Assembly: GCF_902652985.1 (NCBI RefSeq)
Contig: NC_047028.1
Span: forward strand, 25,606,001-25,670,000
Length of the DNA: 64,000 nucleotides
DNA from: Pecten maximus
Taxonomy: Eukaryota
Direction of reading: 5' to 3'
The notes under the pieces are model-generated. The model did not search any database, was not told the origin of the DNA, and was given only the letters and a program-made list of their open reading frames with translations. The position numbers and the translations under genes are program-made. This document shows positions 37,184 through 52,900 of the stretch, piece after piece (position 1 is the first letter of the stretch; the number at the start of each line of letters is the position of its first letter).

Positions 37184-39554
37184 TATAACTGTATATTTCC
37201 ACACAACGATAGCTGAATGGTCAAGTGGTGTATATGTAACAAGAGTTTATGATACAATGAAGTCTCTTCTCGGTATATATACTATATTTATCAGATGAGG
37301 TGATCATTGCACATGGATAATCATATCTATCTGTCTGATGTGTTATCTGTTGTTCGTCAGAGACACACAAGGCTGTCTGTAACAGTGTACTTATGACTAC
37401 GTCAGCTTAATTATTTATTGTAATCAACAAACATAATCGGTAATTAACAATACAAAAATGCTAAAAATTATTTTTTGACACACAATTACTACCATTGCAT
37501 ATAAATCACACAGATGTTTTTTTATAGCGAAATCCAAGTCATATGAAACTCAGTTTTCTTGGTTGCTGTGATTGATTTAAGCTAATGATGAGATGAATCA
37601 TGGTGATGTACTCGTTGACCATCCCAGTTGTATCATACGTGATACAAGGGTATCAATAGACTGACTCAGGTACTTGGACACATGTACATCAATTGACAGG
37701 TCATGTGTATATTTGTTTTTGTTTGTTATTTACAATAGAATGGAGGATTGGTCCGGGTTACTCGTTATTAGGGATATGTTTACTGTCTACAATAGACGAT
37801 CTTGTTGATAATGTGGCAATAACAAAGTACTTGACAACAAAACATCAATATCGTTTACTTGTTCGTAATATATTTATAAAGTGATAGTAAATTCCATAAA
37901 TTCTGTATGGAATTCAATGCTTACGGAAGCAATACCATTGCTTGTTGACACAGCATGCCACATTGAAATTCGGATAAATAATAGTGGCGCCTATTCATAA
38001 TATAGACACGTACATCAAGATATTTTTGATTAAAATTTTAATAAAAAAATATTGATATAGTTGTCTCATGGCGTCAATGCAGACTTTATCTGAACATCTG
38101 TTTAGAGTTTTTTTCTGACTTCTCTTTTTGTTCTCAACAATATTGGCCCAAAGCATCAATGAAGCGGGAAGAATTTAAAAAATGACAAAATAAAGAAATT
38201 AATAAAGAAAAACTAGCTGCATGGTGACTTTCTATGCTAGCATCCGTCTTATATCACTCCTTTAATATTATTGTGTGTGTGGTTTTTTTTTTTTTTTTTA
38301 CATGTCTTAAAACATCTGTTGTCATTACCTAAGGGAATACATACAAGTCAGTGACGTTTGGAGTTATTTGCTGTTGTTCCAGAAGCATCAACATGAGAAT
38401 TCTGTGAAAAGAAAACCTTGACTACTTAAAAATAAGTTCAAATCCAGATTTAGTAACAACAACGGAAAATCAAGCATAATGCTTAGGGGAACCGGGACAG
38501 GTGTCCGGAATGTTTTTGTTTCATGGACTATATTAGCTCTGAATGCAGATTATGTTACATCTTCAAATAGCATGCGCTGCATTTTGAATCGAAGAGATTC
38601 ATTTGAAGCAGGGTAATGTCATCAAAGTTATCCGTATGGTGAAGTTCTTTATCGATTATTAGGCTCATAGTGTATCTATTTTCTCAAGTCAGATGTAAAT
38701 GTGCTGTTGGCTTGTGTGTATTTTCTCCCATTACCCTGCCTGCCAAGTTTAAAGTATTATGAATTATGATACGGGTTCAGAGCATGTGCTATTATTTATG
38801 GTCTTTTTGAATATTCCATATTTCAGCAAATATTCCATATTTAAAAAAGAAACGTCGATTATGGAAACATTCCACGTCCAGAGGAGACTAAATAACTATT
38901 GTATTAATTAACTGATGGCGCAAAATCGTGTCTTGGGTGTCCGCCAGAAATCAATATTTATCATTAAAAGCGCCATTTTTAGAATGATTGCTAGGTACAA
39001 ATACGTCAACACTGCTTGGTTGGACGTGTGAGGTTAAAAGTTCCGGAACATTAAAGAATAATTGTCATCAACCTAATGCATTCTTAATGTTTGAATAGCG
39101 GTTATATCTTTGATATCTTTACTATAATTGTTACGAATGTAACGCATTGTCATATACAATTGCAAGCTTTTTTAATTAGTCTTTTTGCTAAAATTACGAC
39201 AAACTGTCGTACAACAAATTAATGTAAGCCTTAACGAATTACATCTTAAATAGATCTTGAGCAGCATTTTTTTTCATACACAGTGACGGCATTGGGTTGA
39301 CGCTAAGACATGATATGTCGTCAACACAAATCAAATTGCTGACAAGGATAAAATGGAATACCGGTATTTGTTACATTGTACCTCTAAACAGATTCCAATG
39401 GTGTTTGCTCTTGTAGAGTACAGGTTAGTAGCATTACCGTGGCCTCTTAGCTGGAATCTGTTCCGGTAAACCGCATGCAATATCAACAAAAACTACCGAC
39501 ATAAGTTTTTGTATGAAGGCCATTGAAAAAGCACAGGAGGCCAGGTAAGGGGTG

Positions 39555-39600
39555 TCTTCTGCTTCATCGACAACACGCGTCATACAAATCTAGGTCAAAT
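39555..39600. repeat. Dispersed repeat, also at ~29139-29182 and ~57520-57563 in the opposite orientation
   Basis: GATGTCGTCGATGAAGCAGAAGA is identical at 29160 and 57541. A near reverse complement, TCTTCTGCTTCATCGACAACA, occurs here, followed by AAATCTAGGTCAAAT matching the 57520 copy. Confidence 0.6.
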
Positions 39601-41380
39601 CGGGGATAAGTCTCAACTCAAAAATGAGAAGTAGACTACTTTTAAAATGCTGTGCCTATTTCTTTGTTCTAAATGGTTGTCTTGTAGTTTTCTTGTTTCT
39701 AAACACTTACACATTTTCTGTATCGTTCTGTTTCTGTCTGACGGATGTTTCATAATAATTTAAAATTAATTCAATATGTCTTATCTACTTTAAACGAATA
39801 AGATTTGTAGGGGAAATAATATCGCGTATTCCCTGGTGTAGAGATAATCCACGAACTTAAATCCCGAAGAAAGATTTACCGCACAAAATAAGTTATGCAT
39901 TCTTTCTGAATATATATATATACATTACGCATACAAATTGTTAAACACGTCGGTCATTATCATAAATATGGTAGGTGGATTTCCAATTATTACCGGAATT
40001 ATGTCAGTTTGAACAATGTTCATTGTTATATACACTAATTTTATTTACACGCCTTTTTGATCCCGGCTTGATTTTCACTATTGATGTAGTTATGAGCTAA
40101 CTATAAGTTTGGAACAAAGGGCACATGTTATCATTTTTACCAATAGTGATCGTTTCTGATGATTTTGTTCTACGTTCTATTTATCCAAGAATCCAATTTT
40201 GAAAATGAGAAAATGTGATTTTCTTACATCTGCATTTGTGTATATGTATATAACCAAATGACGGCAAAGATATCACTCTGCAGTTTGCCGATGTATTCCG
40301 CTACCACAGAATGGATATTGTAGCGTAATAGAGGTAAGGGGAGGAACTCCAGTCTAAACTCCTTATATAGAGCAGACATTGCACTTAGGGGATGTCTCAT
40401 AGTTAAAATACTATAACGAACAGCTGCCCAAGTAATAGTTATACGTTTACGTCACAAGTGCCGAGTCAAGTTTCAAACTAGTTACTCAATGATTCGTGTT
40501 TTATTCCTATATATGAGCATGGCTACTTGGATAGCTATCAATATGTTATACATCGTGGCGTTATTGCTACATTTACAGAAATTGCAAGTTTCTGAAGGCT
40601 AGTTGCCTCTTTCAAAATTTTCAAAGCTCTTTAAACCAATCTCTTAGCCGGTTCAGTAGCTTCCTGCATGCTACGTTTGTTTAGCAGAGAATGATGGGAT
40701 TTCAGGTTACCTGACCTTTGCTATATGCATACATTATACTCCAGACACGTTTTATCGGGTCGCGTGCATGTTGAATAAAGTATGTGTAGATAACATTACC
40801 AGCCTTTGAGCTATAAATATAAAGTAGACAGACAGACAAATCATATGTGTATATTCATAAGTGGATTGACTGGATATAGCAAGAGCACGTCTGCGTGTAC
40901 GTGTGACACCGTGCGTGTACGTGTGACACCGCGTTTATACAAAGGTTAACCCTAGTTCACTGCCAAGGCTGCGGAAACTTGACCAAGAAATGCAATGCAG
41001 CTTTTATATATACATACATGTAAGATTAATGTTTAGCTAGAAGGAGGGAAACTCAATTGAAATGTCCAGTTCGACTTTTGTGATGTGCAAAAACAATTTT
41101 CTATAGAGCGCACTCTATAAAGAGTTACAGAAGTATCAAACATTCTATTGCTTTACATTAACTCGGAAATATCAGATATTATCAATTTGAAAAGGAAATA
41201 TATTTTGATAAATGCATATATCGTCACTAGCAAAAATATGTATATAATAATATCATATGATTAGATCGATGCCTTACAACTTTGAATTCAGTACAATTTC
41301 AATTCAGATGCAAATGAATGATGAATGCGCTTGTAAGCAAAGGGAACGACGAAATTGCATTTAACAGCAAATAAACATAT

Positions 41381-41947
41381 TCTGCTATATTGACGAACAT
41401 TTTCTGCTTCACTGACGAGCATCTTCTGCTACATTGATGAGTATCTTCTGCTACATTGACGAGTACCTTCTGCTTAACTGACGAGTGTCTTCTGCTACAT
41501 TGACGAGCGTCTTCTGCTACACTGACGAGCGTCTTTCGCTATACTGACGAGCGTCTTCTGCTGCACTGACGAACGTTTTCTGTTACATTGAGGTGCGTCT
41601 TCTGCTGTACTGACGAGCGTCTTCTGCTGCACTGACAAGCGTCTTTTGTTACATTAACGAGCGTCTTCTGTTATATTTACGAGCGTCTTTTGCTACATTG
41701 CCAGGAGTCCTCTGTTACACTGACGAGCGTCTTCTGTTACACTGACGAGTGTCTTCTACACTGATAGGCGTCTATTGCTACATTAACGAGCGTCTTCTGC
41801 TACATTGACGAGTGTCTTCTGCTACATTGACGAGCTTCTTCTGTTACACTGACGAGTGTTTTCTACACTGATAGACGTCTTTTGCTACATTAACGAGCGT
41901 CCTCTGCTACACTGAAAAACTTTTTCTGCTACACTGACAAGCGCTTT
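41381..41947. repeat. 22-bp minisatellite (~25 copies)
   Basis: Unit CTGCTACATTGACGAGCGTCTT; period 22 (41479 to 41501). Confidence 0.92.
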
Positions 41948-44900
41948 CAACGTCCTCAAAATGATACCAATGCTGGCGACAACCGAACTTGGAGAAAATA
42001 GGCGAACATCGAACACAGTCTACGCACAAGAAAAGTGTACATTTTCCAAAAATGGCAACGATACAAGAACTGCTGTAGTAAATCTACTTCATAGTATGTG
42101 TCAAATATAATATTTTATTCAGTGTGTGGTCATTTTATGTCCTCTGCTTTGTGTACGACATTATAAATTTTGTAATAGATGCCAAATACAATCAATATAG
42201 ATCGATATGAATGATTTTTCATTTTCATATATATTAGTAAAATAGAGAAAGGTCACAATATAGATCAACAGAAGTTATATATACTAACGAAAGATCCGAT
42301 AAAAATCTTACATACATGTACAATGGGTCCATTCATGTTATAGCAGAGTATTGCAAGGTCAATATAGAGAACACAATGTGTTATATATAACATTACCGGG
42401 AGATCCGATAATAATATCTTATCAATATCAGGTATGTTTTATGTACAAAGGTTATCCACCATTGCATAGGTAACAGAAACGGATCGAGGGTTATATATTG
42501 CTATGATAATTGAGAAAAGATGTATCCATTTGTTGGTATATTGGTCAATATATCCAACAAACTGAAATATTGGCTCCGCGATACTAATTTAAACATTACT
42601 CCATTCAACAAAAGTGCAAGTTTATCAATTACAACCACATGGACAATATGTTGATCTTAAGGTGCTACTACACGGTCTGGAAATAAAGACCTGATTTTCA
42701 TAAAAAAAAATCGACATAATTGTTTGCTTTGTTGACAAAAAAATAAGAAACAAATAAAAAACATTATAGTTTCCATCCTGCTTATCTTGATATCTAGACT
42801 TATTGGAGTAGCAAGCAACTAGAAAAACAAAACAAAAAACGACATTTTCAAAATCAGCAAGAAAAAAGAAAATGCAAAAATCTATTGTATGTTTGTAGTG
42901 GGGACAGAAAGAACCCTATTTTAGTTGAGAAACTTTACCTACATATAAAAAATTGATTTTTGGAATCGTTTTTATTTCTGACTTTTGATTGGAAATTATT
43001 TTCTTTGGAGATTTTACACGCGTTACTTATCCCATTGATAGGATCAATAAAGAATGACATTCGGGACACATTGGTGTTATTGCTATATATTTTTCTGCAC
43101 AGTGAATGCATTCCCTAATTTTTGTGTTAGGAAGTTATACTACACTGTATGTGTGATTGTTGGTAGAACCTGAATATATGTCATCAAAGAATACGCCGAA
43201 ATATGTGTATTTAATCACCCAGTAATCATAAAAGTTCGTTACCTTCTTGGCCATCAACCAAATGCTATTAATTCACTCAAATCTGAAGCCTTTTAGACAA
43301 ACATTAAAGGGATTCGATATAAGTTCTCGGATTCATCGTCTACATAATTATCTTATGAATAAATAAATAAAAAATAATCAAGCGATGCATAGACAAAAGA
43401 ACATTAAGCAACCAATTATTTTGTCACTAAAATCAACAAGTTTCTTTGTTGCCTGCAAGAGAAGAATTAAAAGTATGAAATAATGCTTACATATACCGTA
43501 AATACATTTTTTTTCATTCACTGATTAGACACCAGACATTGATATCAGTACATGTCAACATACAAACACTACACATAAGTAAACTTAGATAATTACATGT
43601 GATAGCGTCGTGAAGTGAATGGTACCTCTGGACGAACAGACATATAATCATTCCTTATATGGCGAGGTCATGTGACTTGTAAATAAGTCTTTTTTGTTAA
43701 ACAGATATGTTCCCAAGGCTATTTAATCATTCAGTTTACCTCGCCGCTTGATTTGTAAGGCCAGACTCCTAACCTTAGACCTTAGTCCCGTTATCGAACG
43801 CTGTCTGGGTTTATTACACGGCTAGACTAAATCGTACGAATGTTATCATGCATCCACTTACTTCGACATGACAAACAAATGGTTAACCAATATGTCCTGT
43901 ATAGACGTTTACGCATTTTCATTTTTATTTCAACCATTTATTCTTTGACTGTATGAATGTCTTTTTTTCACGTGCAGTTCTGTTACAAATACAATTTGGA
44001 GGACATGAACTTTTTTCAGAAACATAAGATTAACCAGAAAATCTTCATTTGCTATCTAAATATTGGAACGATTCCGCTCCATAGCGATCCGTCGAATGAC
44101 GTATTAGTCCCTGTTGCCAATGTAATGTATACAGATGCAAATACATTATTCTTTGCAAACATATTTGAATTTTTTTAGTCAACTGTGTAAACCAAGTAAT
44201 ACACATGTTGGATCAACCTCAAACAAAGTATATTAGTGTTTTACTGGTATCTTTCTACAAGAATAATGTAACTTTGTCATACTTGTACATCAACTTAAAT
44301 AACATACAGATATATTGTTGATATGGCATGTCATATATCGGACGCATATTTGTGTAGACATGCGGAAAATAGAATTAAGAAACCAAAAATTACCATTAGA
44401 GAAAACTAACGATCTGTTTCAAAGTGATTACATCATTAAATTATACTACATCGAACCACAATTATTTATTGGATTCCAGGTGTTTTAAACTGATTTGGAA
44501 GAATGATTATTAATCACAGATAATCGATTTTAGAAAATTGTGTCGCTTCAACTAAGGAGTTAAAGACAGGTTGACCTTATTGCTTACCCGTACATCACAA
44601 ATAAACTTGACCTTGTGCTCGCTGGTATAGATTAATTTCGCTTATCGTTTTTATAGCATATGTTAGGCAAGTTTTCGTCTGGAGTACCTAACAACTTGTA
44701 TTAATTGCCTACTAAGACTGTTTTTTTATCACATTACAGTAGGTTTCTATTTTTACGGAAGTTTCAAGCAAAATGTGTATAAACATGTTATTAGGCAATA
44801 GTCACATGTGGTTTGTTGTGACATAATGAAATTGCAAACTGAAAGGTATATGTAGCGAGGAAATCGTTTCGTTATCTTCATTAAACCTTGAAATATTAGA

Positions 44901-46914
44901 TTTCCAGGCATAAAAGTGAATCTAGAAGCAGATACAGTATTTGCATTTAAGAAGTAAACAAAACTATATCATACATTTGTTTTGTCCTTCTTTGACCGGA
45001 TGTTCTAAATGGGTAAACTGCATATTGGCCAAAACAAATAAATATAGAAATAACATAATATACGTAATTGCCGCCATATCCCAATTTGATGTGGCACACG
45101 TGTCTAGCGTGTCTATGACTTGAAATAAAGACGGCTATTAATATAGATTTAACCAAAACATGATTATGTTGGTAATTCTTTCATATTCTTGGCAGTAAAC
45201 ATCTATCAATACGGTATGGTCTTAATACAGCCAATTCTGCTCTAATTATGACTTCAATCGATATTCCAATATACAATGCTTTTTATGTACGCAGTTCTTA
45301 CGCTACAGAATTACCAAGAACAATTTGAATCAAAAAGTTCATGGATAAATTTTATTTTTAAATTTTCATTCAATAATCCCAAAAATGATGTTGCTGTTTG
45401 TAAAGTTGAGTTGGATTCCCTACAGGAGCGTGGTAGAAATATGTCACGGAAAAGATTAAATGAAAGAAAAGTGATGTATTTATTCATGTGAATTGAGATA
45501 AAAATATGACAAATAGCTTCATCACTGAACGTAAACAGTGAGTTCTATGGTGACTTTTGCCGTCATGGCTTGTATAGGGCATTGGATTCAAATAAAATTC
45601 ACCGCAATATATCACACTGAAAAAAGATATGAAATTAATATAGATTTATTTCTTAAGAACCTCCTAAACATGACAATGGCGATATCTAACAAATACAAAA
45701 AAACTGACATCCAAAGCACCTAGTCACGTGCAGCTACGGTATAGATACATGAACAATTTGACGCACAACTTGCAGCTAATCACAATTATATCTGTATCTA
45801 CATGATGTGATCACCATGGTTAGCCACGTTAGTTACAAACTGATGCGTACAATGTCTTTGTCATACAAGTACATATTTTTAATTTTAACAATAATTAATC
45901 ACCGAATACATGTTGATTTTTATTGGTAAACGATGGAACTATTCATTTACAGATTTGGAATTTTGATTAACAATTTACCCTTCGGCATGTAGGAATAAAT
46001 ACACCTTAGCCTGTACAAATATATATTATGTGAATTTAAAAATCTGTAGAAATATTCGGATACTTTCCGTTCCTTGTAATTTCTAGTTTACACAACACGC
46101 ATGCGTTAGATTTCGTTGTGTCTACGTGTGATTAGCTATTACCGAGTAATATTTTACATTGTAGTTGCTCATTAGGGATGCGATGTTTATTTACTGTGAA
46201 ATGTCAGGCTAACGTTATTTATTTATTTCAGATATATCATATATTAGCATATCTTTTCGTAATCAAATGCAATCATTACACAATAGCTGCGGAACTGCAT
46301 TACCCGTTGACGACAAAAAATGTCACTATTAGACATTCACTGCGGGACTATAACATCCGTTTGCAATATCCAAATACACCAATTACATATTCGTTGCTGA
46401 ACTATACAATCCGTTGACAATATCCAGATGTAGTCTTTACACATTTTCTTCGGAATATACAAGTACATTTTCTCGTTAGCTATGAAACTTTGTCATAAGT
46501 TGCAACAATTCAAATAACAACGCAATGCGAGGTAAAGTATTGGTAGTGGCTTAGATATGCTAATTGGGATTTTTGGCTAACCACCAAAGCAAGAAACAGC
46601 AAACGAATTATGGTACATTGAATACACTCGTCATGTTTGGCAGTGTCACATTATCTATGATGTTCTTACATATCGCTAAATACTAATACGAATGTCGAGT
46701 TTCCATGACAACACAAATACAACATGAAGACGAATTAAATAGTTTGTCATACTATCTCGCAAAAATAGTAATAGTTTATGTATCAGAATATCTCTAAATC
46801 GTCCTGTATAAAAACTATCTTGATATTTCGTTCTGATGTTTTTTGTTGAAATAATTTGTACACTTGGTTGATATGAAAATTACGGATATGCTATTTTGAT
46901 GACTGCTAACATTA

Positions 46915-49900
46915 TCATTTTATGTGTTTAGTATATACATAAACTCCAACTCCTAGTGAAGACATGACGGACAACATTCCCATGAACGTCAGAAAGCCCC
47001 CAACACTAGGAGAGTTTCGTTCCCAAAATGTCGTCTCGAAGGGTCTCGGTTGTATCATCTGTAAATAAATCAAATTGGTATGTTGCTTACAGGGTATTTC
47101 ATAATATATAACTCTCTTTTTAAACCAATATTGTTGCATAAAAGTAAGCCATGTTTTAAGAAAAGAAATCTACATGCAAGTACATAGAAAATGGCAGAAT
47201 CCTTTATTCTCTACAATCCATTAATTTTATCTGTATCAAAAACGATCTGATATCTATCAATATTATGATTCTTTAATGATACGTCAACGCTTTCATTTTA
47301 TATTTCTCGTTTGATTTTCAGAGTTGTAAAATTGAATTCTCAAAGGAAATGGTCTGTTAAAGAAACACACAATAAAACGTATGCTATGTTTGACTTAAAC
47401 ATGTTTGTAAACGTATTGTTCTGCAAAAATTTACCTCGAGGAGACTACCTAGATGTAAGGGCATTGTTAGGAAATGCATTATATCACGGAAACAGTTTTA
47501 ACATTTACTTAATGAATCGAATACCATAAATCAAAGGGAGTGGCCGTATGATTGGAGAAATAATTATTTCACAATTTTAACACAGGAAATTCAAATGTAA
47601 CTCTTTAAGATACCTTATGTTCAGGTTCCGTGACCCAAATCTGGTCCTCACGAATTTTGCCGAGGCGATTAAGTATCTAAAATAAAGGGAGATAACTCGT
47701 TTTATAGTACGCTTCGACAATAAGTAGATTCAAATACAAGTCATTAAAATATGCCTTCCCCTGTAGAGGAAGTAGGATGCAAATACACAATCCAAACAAA
47801 ACACCAGCATAATCGTTAGCCTTGTATTATTTTGGCGAAACTTATTGCAAATAAATATGTTGATGTTTTATATTGATGGTATAATATTGTTGTTTTTTCT
47901 TGATTTGTATTTTGAGCGTTGGCTGATCTGAACTATAATAGAATTTTGAAACATTGTCATGTCAACAGCTTGAAATAAATATTTGCAGTCATAGGGTATG
48001 CATATCTTCTATATTGATAGGTTATTCAAATATTTGTTTATGAATAAGAAATCAAGTGAATAACAAATCAATATACATAAAACAACTCAAATTCTTTTAA
48101 GTCACATATTTATGTGGTGTTAACTAAATGTGAGCCATATAGGTGTACAATTGTAACTGATCTGTTTATTGTTTTTAAGTTTCGATCACCGTATGCTAAC
48201 AGTTACGTTTATTTCAGTTTTGAACAAAAACGTTTTACCCATACCCCATAAAAATATCACATTACAGAGCCTTTTACGAAGGAGGGTAAGAGAGAAAAAA
48301 AATCATTGTTTGTATGTTTATGTAGCAAACATTACTTCATAAATAATAGTTACCTCCCTTGCAGAGCGCTCTCCAGCTTGTATAGCGCCGTCCATGTACC
48401 CAGACCAAGCTGTAGCAGTTTCTGTTCCAGCAAAGTGGATTCTGTCGAACGGTCGCCGCATCTCCCTTAATTAAAAGTAATATAAAATAGTTAAAGGAAT
48501 ATTCATGGGATGTGTAGGCATAAGAAAAATTGACATTGCATATTTTATAAACTGATAACCTTCAATAGAAAATGCAATAGAAAATGTATGAAACCATTTT
48601 TTTCTGCATAAATATGAATAATCATTCCTCTGCTCTTTGCAGGTTGTTAGCTTATGTTTAACTGTATAATTATGTTACTTCACTTTTAAAGACAATCAAA
48701 AAGTGAATCGAAACTTATACAGATTGTTTGTTAATTATCGTATTGTTTTTTCTCATATTGAAAATGCTTATGTTACCCTTAAGATCCCGGATACAATACA
48801 ATTAAACAAAACTCAAGTCTTCTTGTACTAATTTGTATTAGATCTATAAAGGTACATGTTGACGTGTGCCAAGTTCTAAGACTTGCAGTGAACTGACTTG
48901 ATATACAAATTTACTCAATATACAATTAACCACACAAAGAAATCCCTAAGCAATTATTAAATAAAAATAGGCATTAACTATCGTTATCTGTCATCTACAA
49001 TGGTCACAAAGCTATGAAATTTATCACACTGGCGGCTGCACCGGGATAGCCTTGGCAGTATCTTAATTGTAAAGATAACCGCAACATCAACGAAATTGAA
49101 CTTGACCTGAAGGGTCAATATTTTACTTTTAAGAGCTTAAAATAACTGAACTGAAAAAAAATACTTACTGTCCAAACTTGGTGAGGAAACCTGGAGGCAT
49201 CATGACGGTATAGCATCCTCCGGACCATTGTTCAGCCAGCCAATTATATTCCTCGTAATGAACGGGCTAGAAAAAAAGAACAAACACGACGATGCGTAAT
49301 AGAATAAAACTAAAACTATAACTGTTATAATTATAGTCCAATGACAAAAGTGCCAAGAAAATAAGACATGCATATTTTTAATTTTACGTGTCATTTGTTT
49401 CATCGCCGTATCCACCCACGAAAAGCTATGTTTAATCCAGACAATGTCACGTTCTCAAAATGGAGAACATGGTAGTAATGCAGTCATGTATAAACAGATA
49501 GCAAGACCAAGGCATCAATTTAGTTGTATAAAGTGACGGTTTTTTATTATGATTATCAAACTCGGATTAGCTAATTTTCAAATTAAAAAAAATACGATAT
49601 TTAGCGAATATCATCATCATCATCATCATCCTGGAAGTTGTTACACGCCGCGGTGTGTAAACTAAAACAAGCGTAGTTATGAGATGCATCTTTGGTGCAG
49701 TTTTAGCGAATCTGACAAATTAAAGATTTCCTTAAAATATATAAAAATATATCTCAAATAAGCAGATATTGCATCATACTTGTACTTACGTGTAGTGCCT
49801 CGTCTGTTTGGAAAACCTTTGAGTACATTTCACATATTCTGTTTTTCCTCTCTTCGGCAGTCAGGTTACATAATTTTCTGGCTTTATCAGCAAGAATAAA

Positions 49901-52900
49901 CCTAGATCAAAGGAAATGTGTTCAGGATTTGTTGCAAATTAACAGATTGAGCTGTTTGTTACAATATGCATATAACACAAGGAATCTTTAAGATTAATGG
50001 AAAGAGTAGGCCTATTACCCCCTCCCCCCTCGGGCAATCACAATTACAAACACATATCTATCAAGATGTAACAAAATTTCCTCAAATGTGGAATTATAAT
50101 TATTGTAGATACTAATTTCGAGCTCAACGTGTAAAAAATGATGTTAGATAAAATATATTCGACTTGGCAAAATGTTATATGAAAACACCAGTAAAGGGAT
50201 ATAACTCTGAATTCGCAAATTGACATATAAGTGTTTATTTTTGTTGCGTATACCCTCTTCAAGATCGGTACAACTGACTACATTTTCGAATTAAAATCAT
50301 TCGAAATAACAATAATATATATTATATCATAGTAATAACAACAGCGGGTCTTACGACATGAGAGCGGGCTTTCCTCCTTCCGGTTTGACGTCATCCAGGG
50401 TGTAATTGATTATAGAGTCATCATCGTCAATCATCGCTGAACCACAGTAGCCTGTTGAGAAAAAAAAATTACGAGATAATCTTTTGAGAAATAGACGATG
50501 ATATTGGTAATCTTAAATCTGCATCTTGTAAAAAAATCGAATATGATCCTGTAAATGAAATCATGGAAGATAGGATTTTTCACAACTGCGACATCTTTGT
50601 GTTTAGGTCGCAATGGCGTATTCGGTCGCAGCTACAGCGATATCTTAAGACGTTATTTGGTACCATAAACGTAAAAGAACGCAACAAAAGAAGCATTCCC
50701 CCGTCGTTACTTAAGGTTTCACTATCAAATAACTGTTGACTTCCGCCAAATGTGTTGAAAAGTATTTTACAGCTTGTTTGTAAGGTATCATTTGTTGACA
50801 AGAATGACCGTATATTGATAGTTATCTTAATAATATTCATGACTTTGCTGATACGATCATATTCTGACGTTACAACACATCACCTTAGAGTGTTTATGGT
50901 TGGATACCTCTTAGCAATAGCAAAAGCAGAAAATTATTTGGTTCCAGAGGAATTTCAGCTATAAGGCGGTCGTACGATGGAAACTTTTGAAAAAAATTAC
51001 TTGGATATTCAATCGTTAAAACTTAAAACCGAAGTGTACCTAAGTTCTGTTCATATATGAATTCGATAATATAATCTTTGTGGACATCTTACCTCGCTCC
51101 CTCCAGAAGGGTTTCGTATAGTAGGTGAAGGTTTTGATCACTGATCCCATTGGGACTCTCTGTATCATCTGATTACGGAGAGTTGGCAAAGGAGGGTCAA
51201 AGGTTATTTTACTTTGCAATGGTAATGGCACAGCGCTTATCACATAGCCTGCCTGCAAAGAAGCCATTGAAAACATTTTCTGTGAATGCAGTTGAAATGT
51301 AATGTATTTAATAAAATCTATATCATCCGCCAAATTTCCAACTTACCAAGATAGATAAAATAGGATAAATATAAGGTAAATAAATTATCTTTCCTGATTC
51401 GATAATTTACAGGCATCAACACGATGCATATCTGAGCTATCCCGTGCCGACAGTAAGCTTAACATATATCTCAATTCGCCTTGGGTTCGTTATATGGTCC
51501 GTAATTCCATCGATTGGCATTTTATTGTGCAATGTATGTTGCTAACGTTTATGTACATTGAGTAAAGCACAGACATGCAACAGAAATTCAATATTCACAG
51601 CTCGACATGTAGTCGTAGGTTTGGCTATGGTTTAAGATAGAGAAATCAAAAGTGTCATGAAAACAAAATGACACAATCGAACTGTCTCATTAAATCAAAC
51701 ATTTTATGCTATGGTTTTCGTTAAAAAGGAAAGAAAAAGGGGAAAGAGTCATTTTAACAGCTATTAAAAACCTAAAAACTTTTCTTTTTCTAAGTACATA
51801 CCTGATATTTGTTGCCGTGTACATCAATGACCTTCACTGTGCTTTTCTCCTGTTGTATTTGGCAAACTGGTTTTGACAGCAACACTCTGTCTAAAAGTTT
51901 CAAACAAAATAAAGGTAATATTTGGGAAACATACAAATTGGCATGCAAGATGTACCTTATATAATGTACTTCAAAGAACACGTAGAACAGTTTATAACCC
52001 TGATTATCCTATCTCTTCGAGGTGAACTATATGTTTGAATATCCACATGTCTAAGTAGATTCAATTACAAACGTGTTAAACATGTGAGCACACACAGACG
52101 TGTTTTGATATCTATTAAAACCCTGATTGACAGTCGAACCAATCACCATTTCGAAATAAAAATGTTCGAAATTATACGGACAACTAATACAAGATGAAGT
52201 GGCGTTTGATTGGCTTTGTACAATGCACGGATGACGTCCTCATGATATCTTTAGAATCAACTCATTTTATTTTAGCATCGGGCAATTGTAGTAAATGTTT
52301 TATTATATAACTGCTATACAAACCCTTTCCAAGTTTCCTAGCTATATGTTGGCTAATTTGTTGTGAACCGCCAACGAATTTTCTCTCCTGTTAGCGTCGT
52401 TCATAGAAAAGTAATGAAGGAAAACTTAACACAATGAATATATATACCTCTGATAATGCATAATAATATCAATAACACATATCATTAGACCTTGGTTTAG
52501 GAAAGACTTATATGAATATTTAAAAAAAATACGATTTTGTATCTATAGTAGTAACATAAGTAGTTAGGTATCTAACAATAGAGAAATGTGTCTTTTGTAG
52601 GTTAACATTATGCAAATATTGATTTTACCACAACTGCACAAACAATTGAAAATACATAATTAATGACAGTTGCTACATCTCCGACAGTGATTGATTATGT
52701 TAGGTTGAAAACAAGAATAATTGCTGTATATTCTATACAATACCAAGAGTAATATTTTTGGGGTAATCAAATTTCACTATATTCGCAATCATTGAATATA
52801 ACGCGTAATGTAGACCTAGTGAATATTTATAGGCACAAACAAATGTATAGAAGTGATAACTGCCTAATGTTTTCAAGGCGTATTTGCGCGAACTATTATA

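Noticed and set aside
37200-46900. Additional genes between MPDU1-like and MAO
   Set aside because: I found no phase-consistent exon chain or recognisable motif. Only repeats and probable UTR/regulatory DNA are visible, though small or non-coding exons cannot be excluded by eye.
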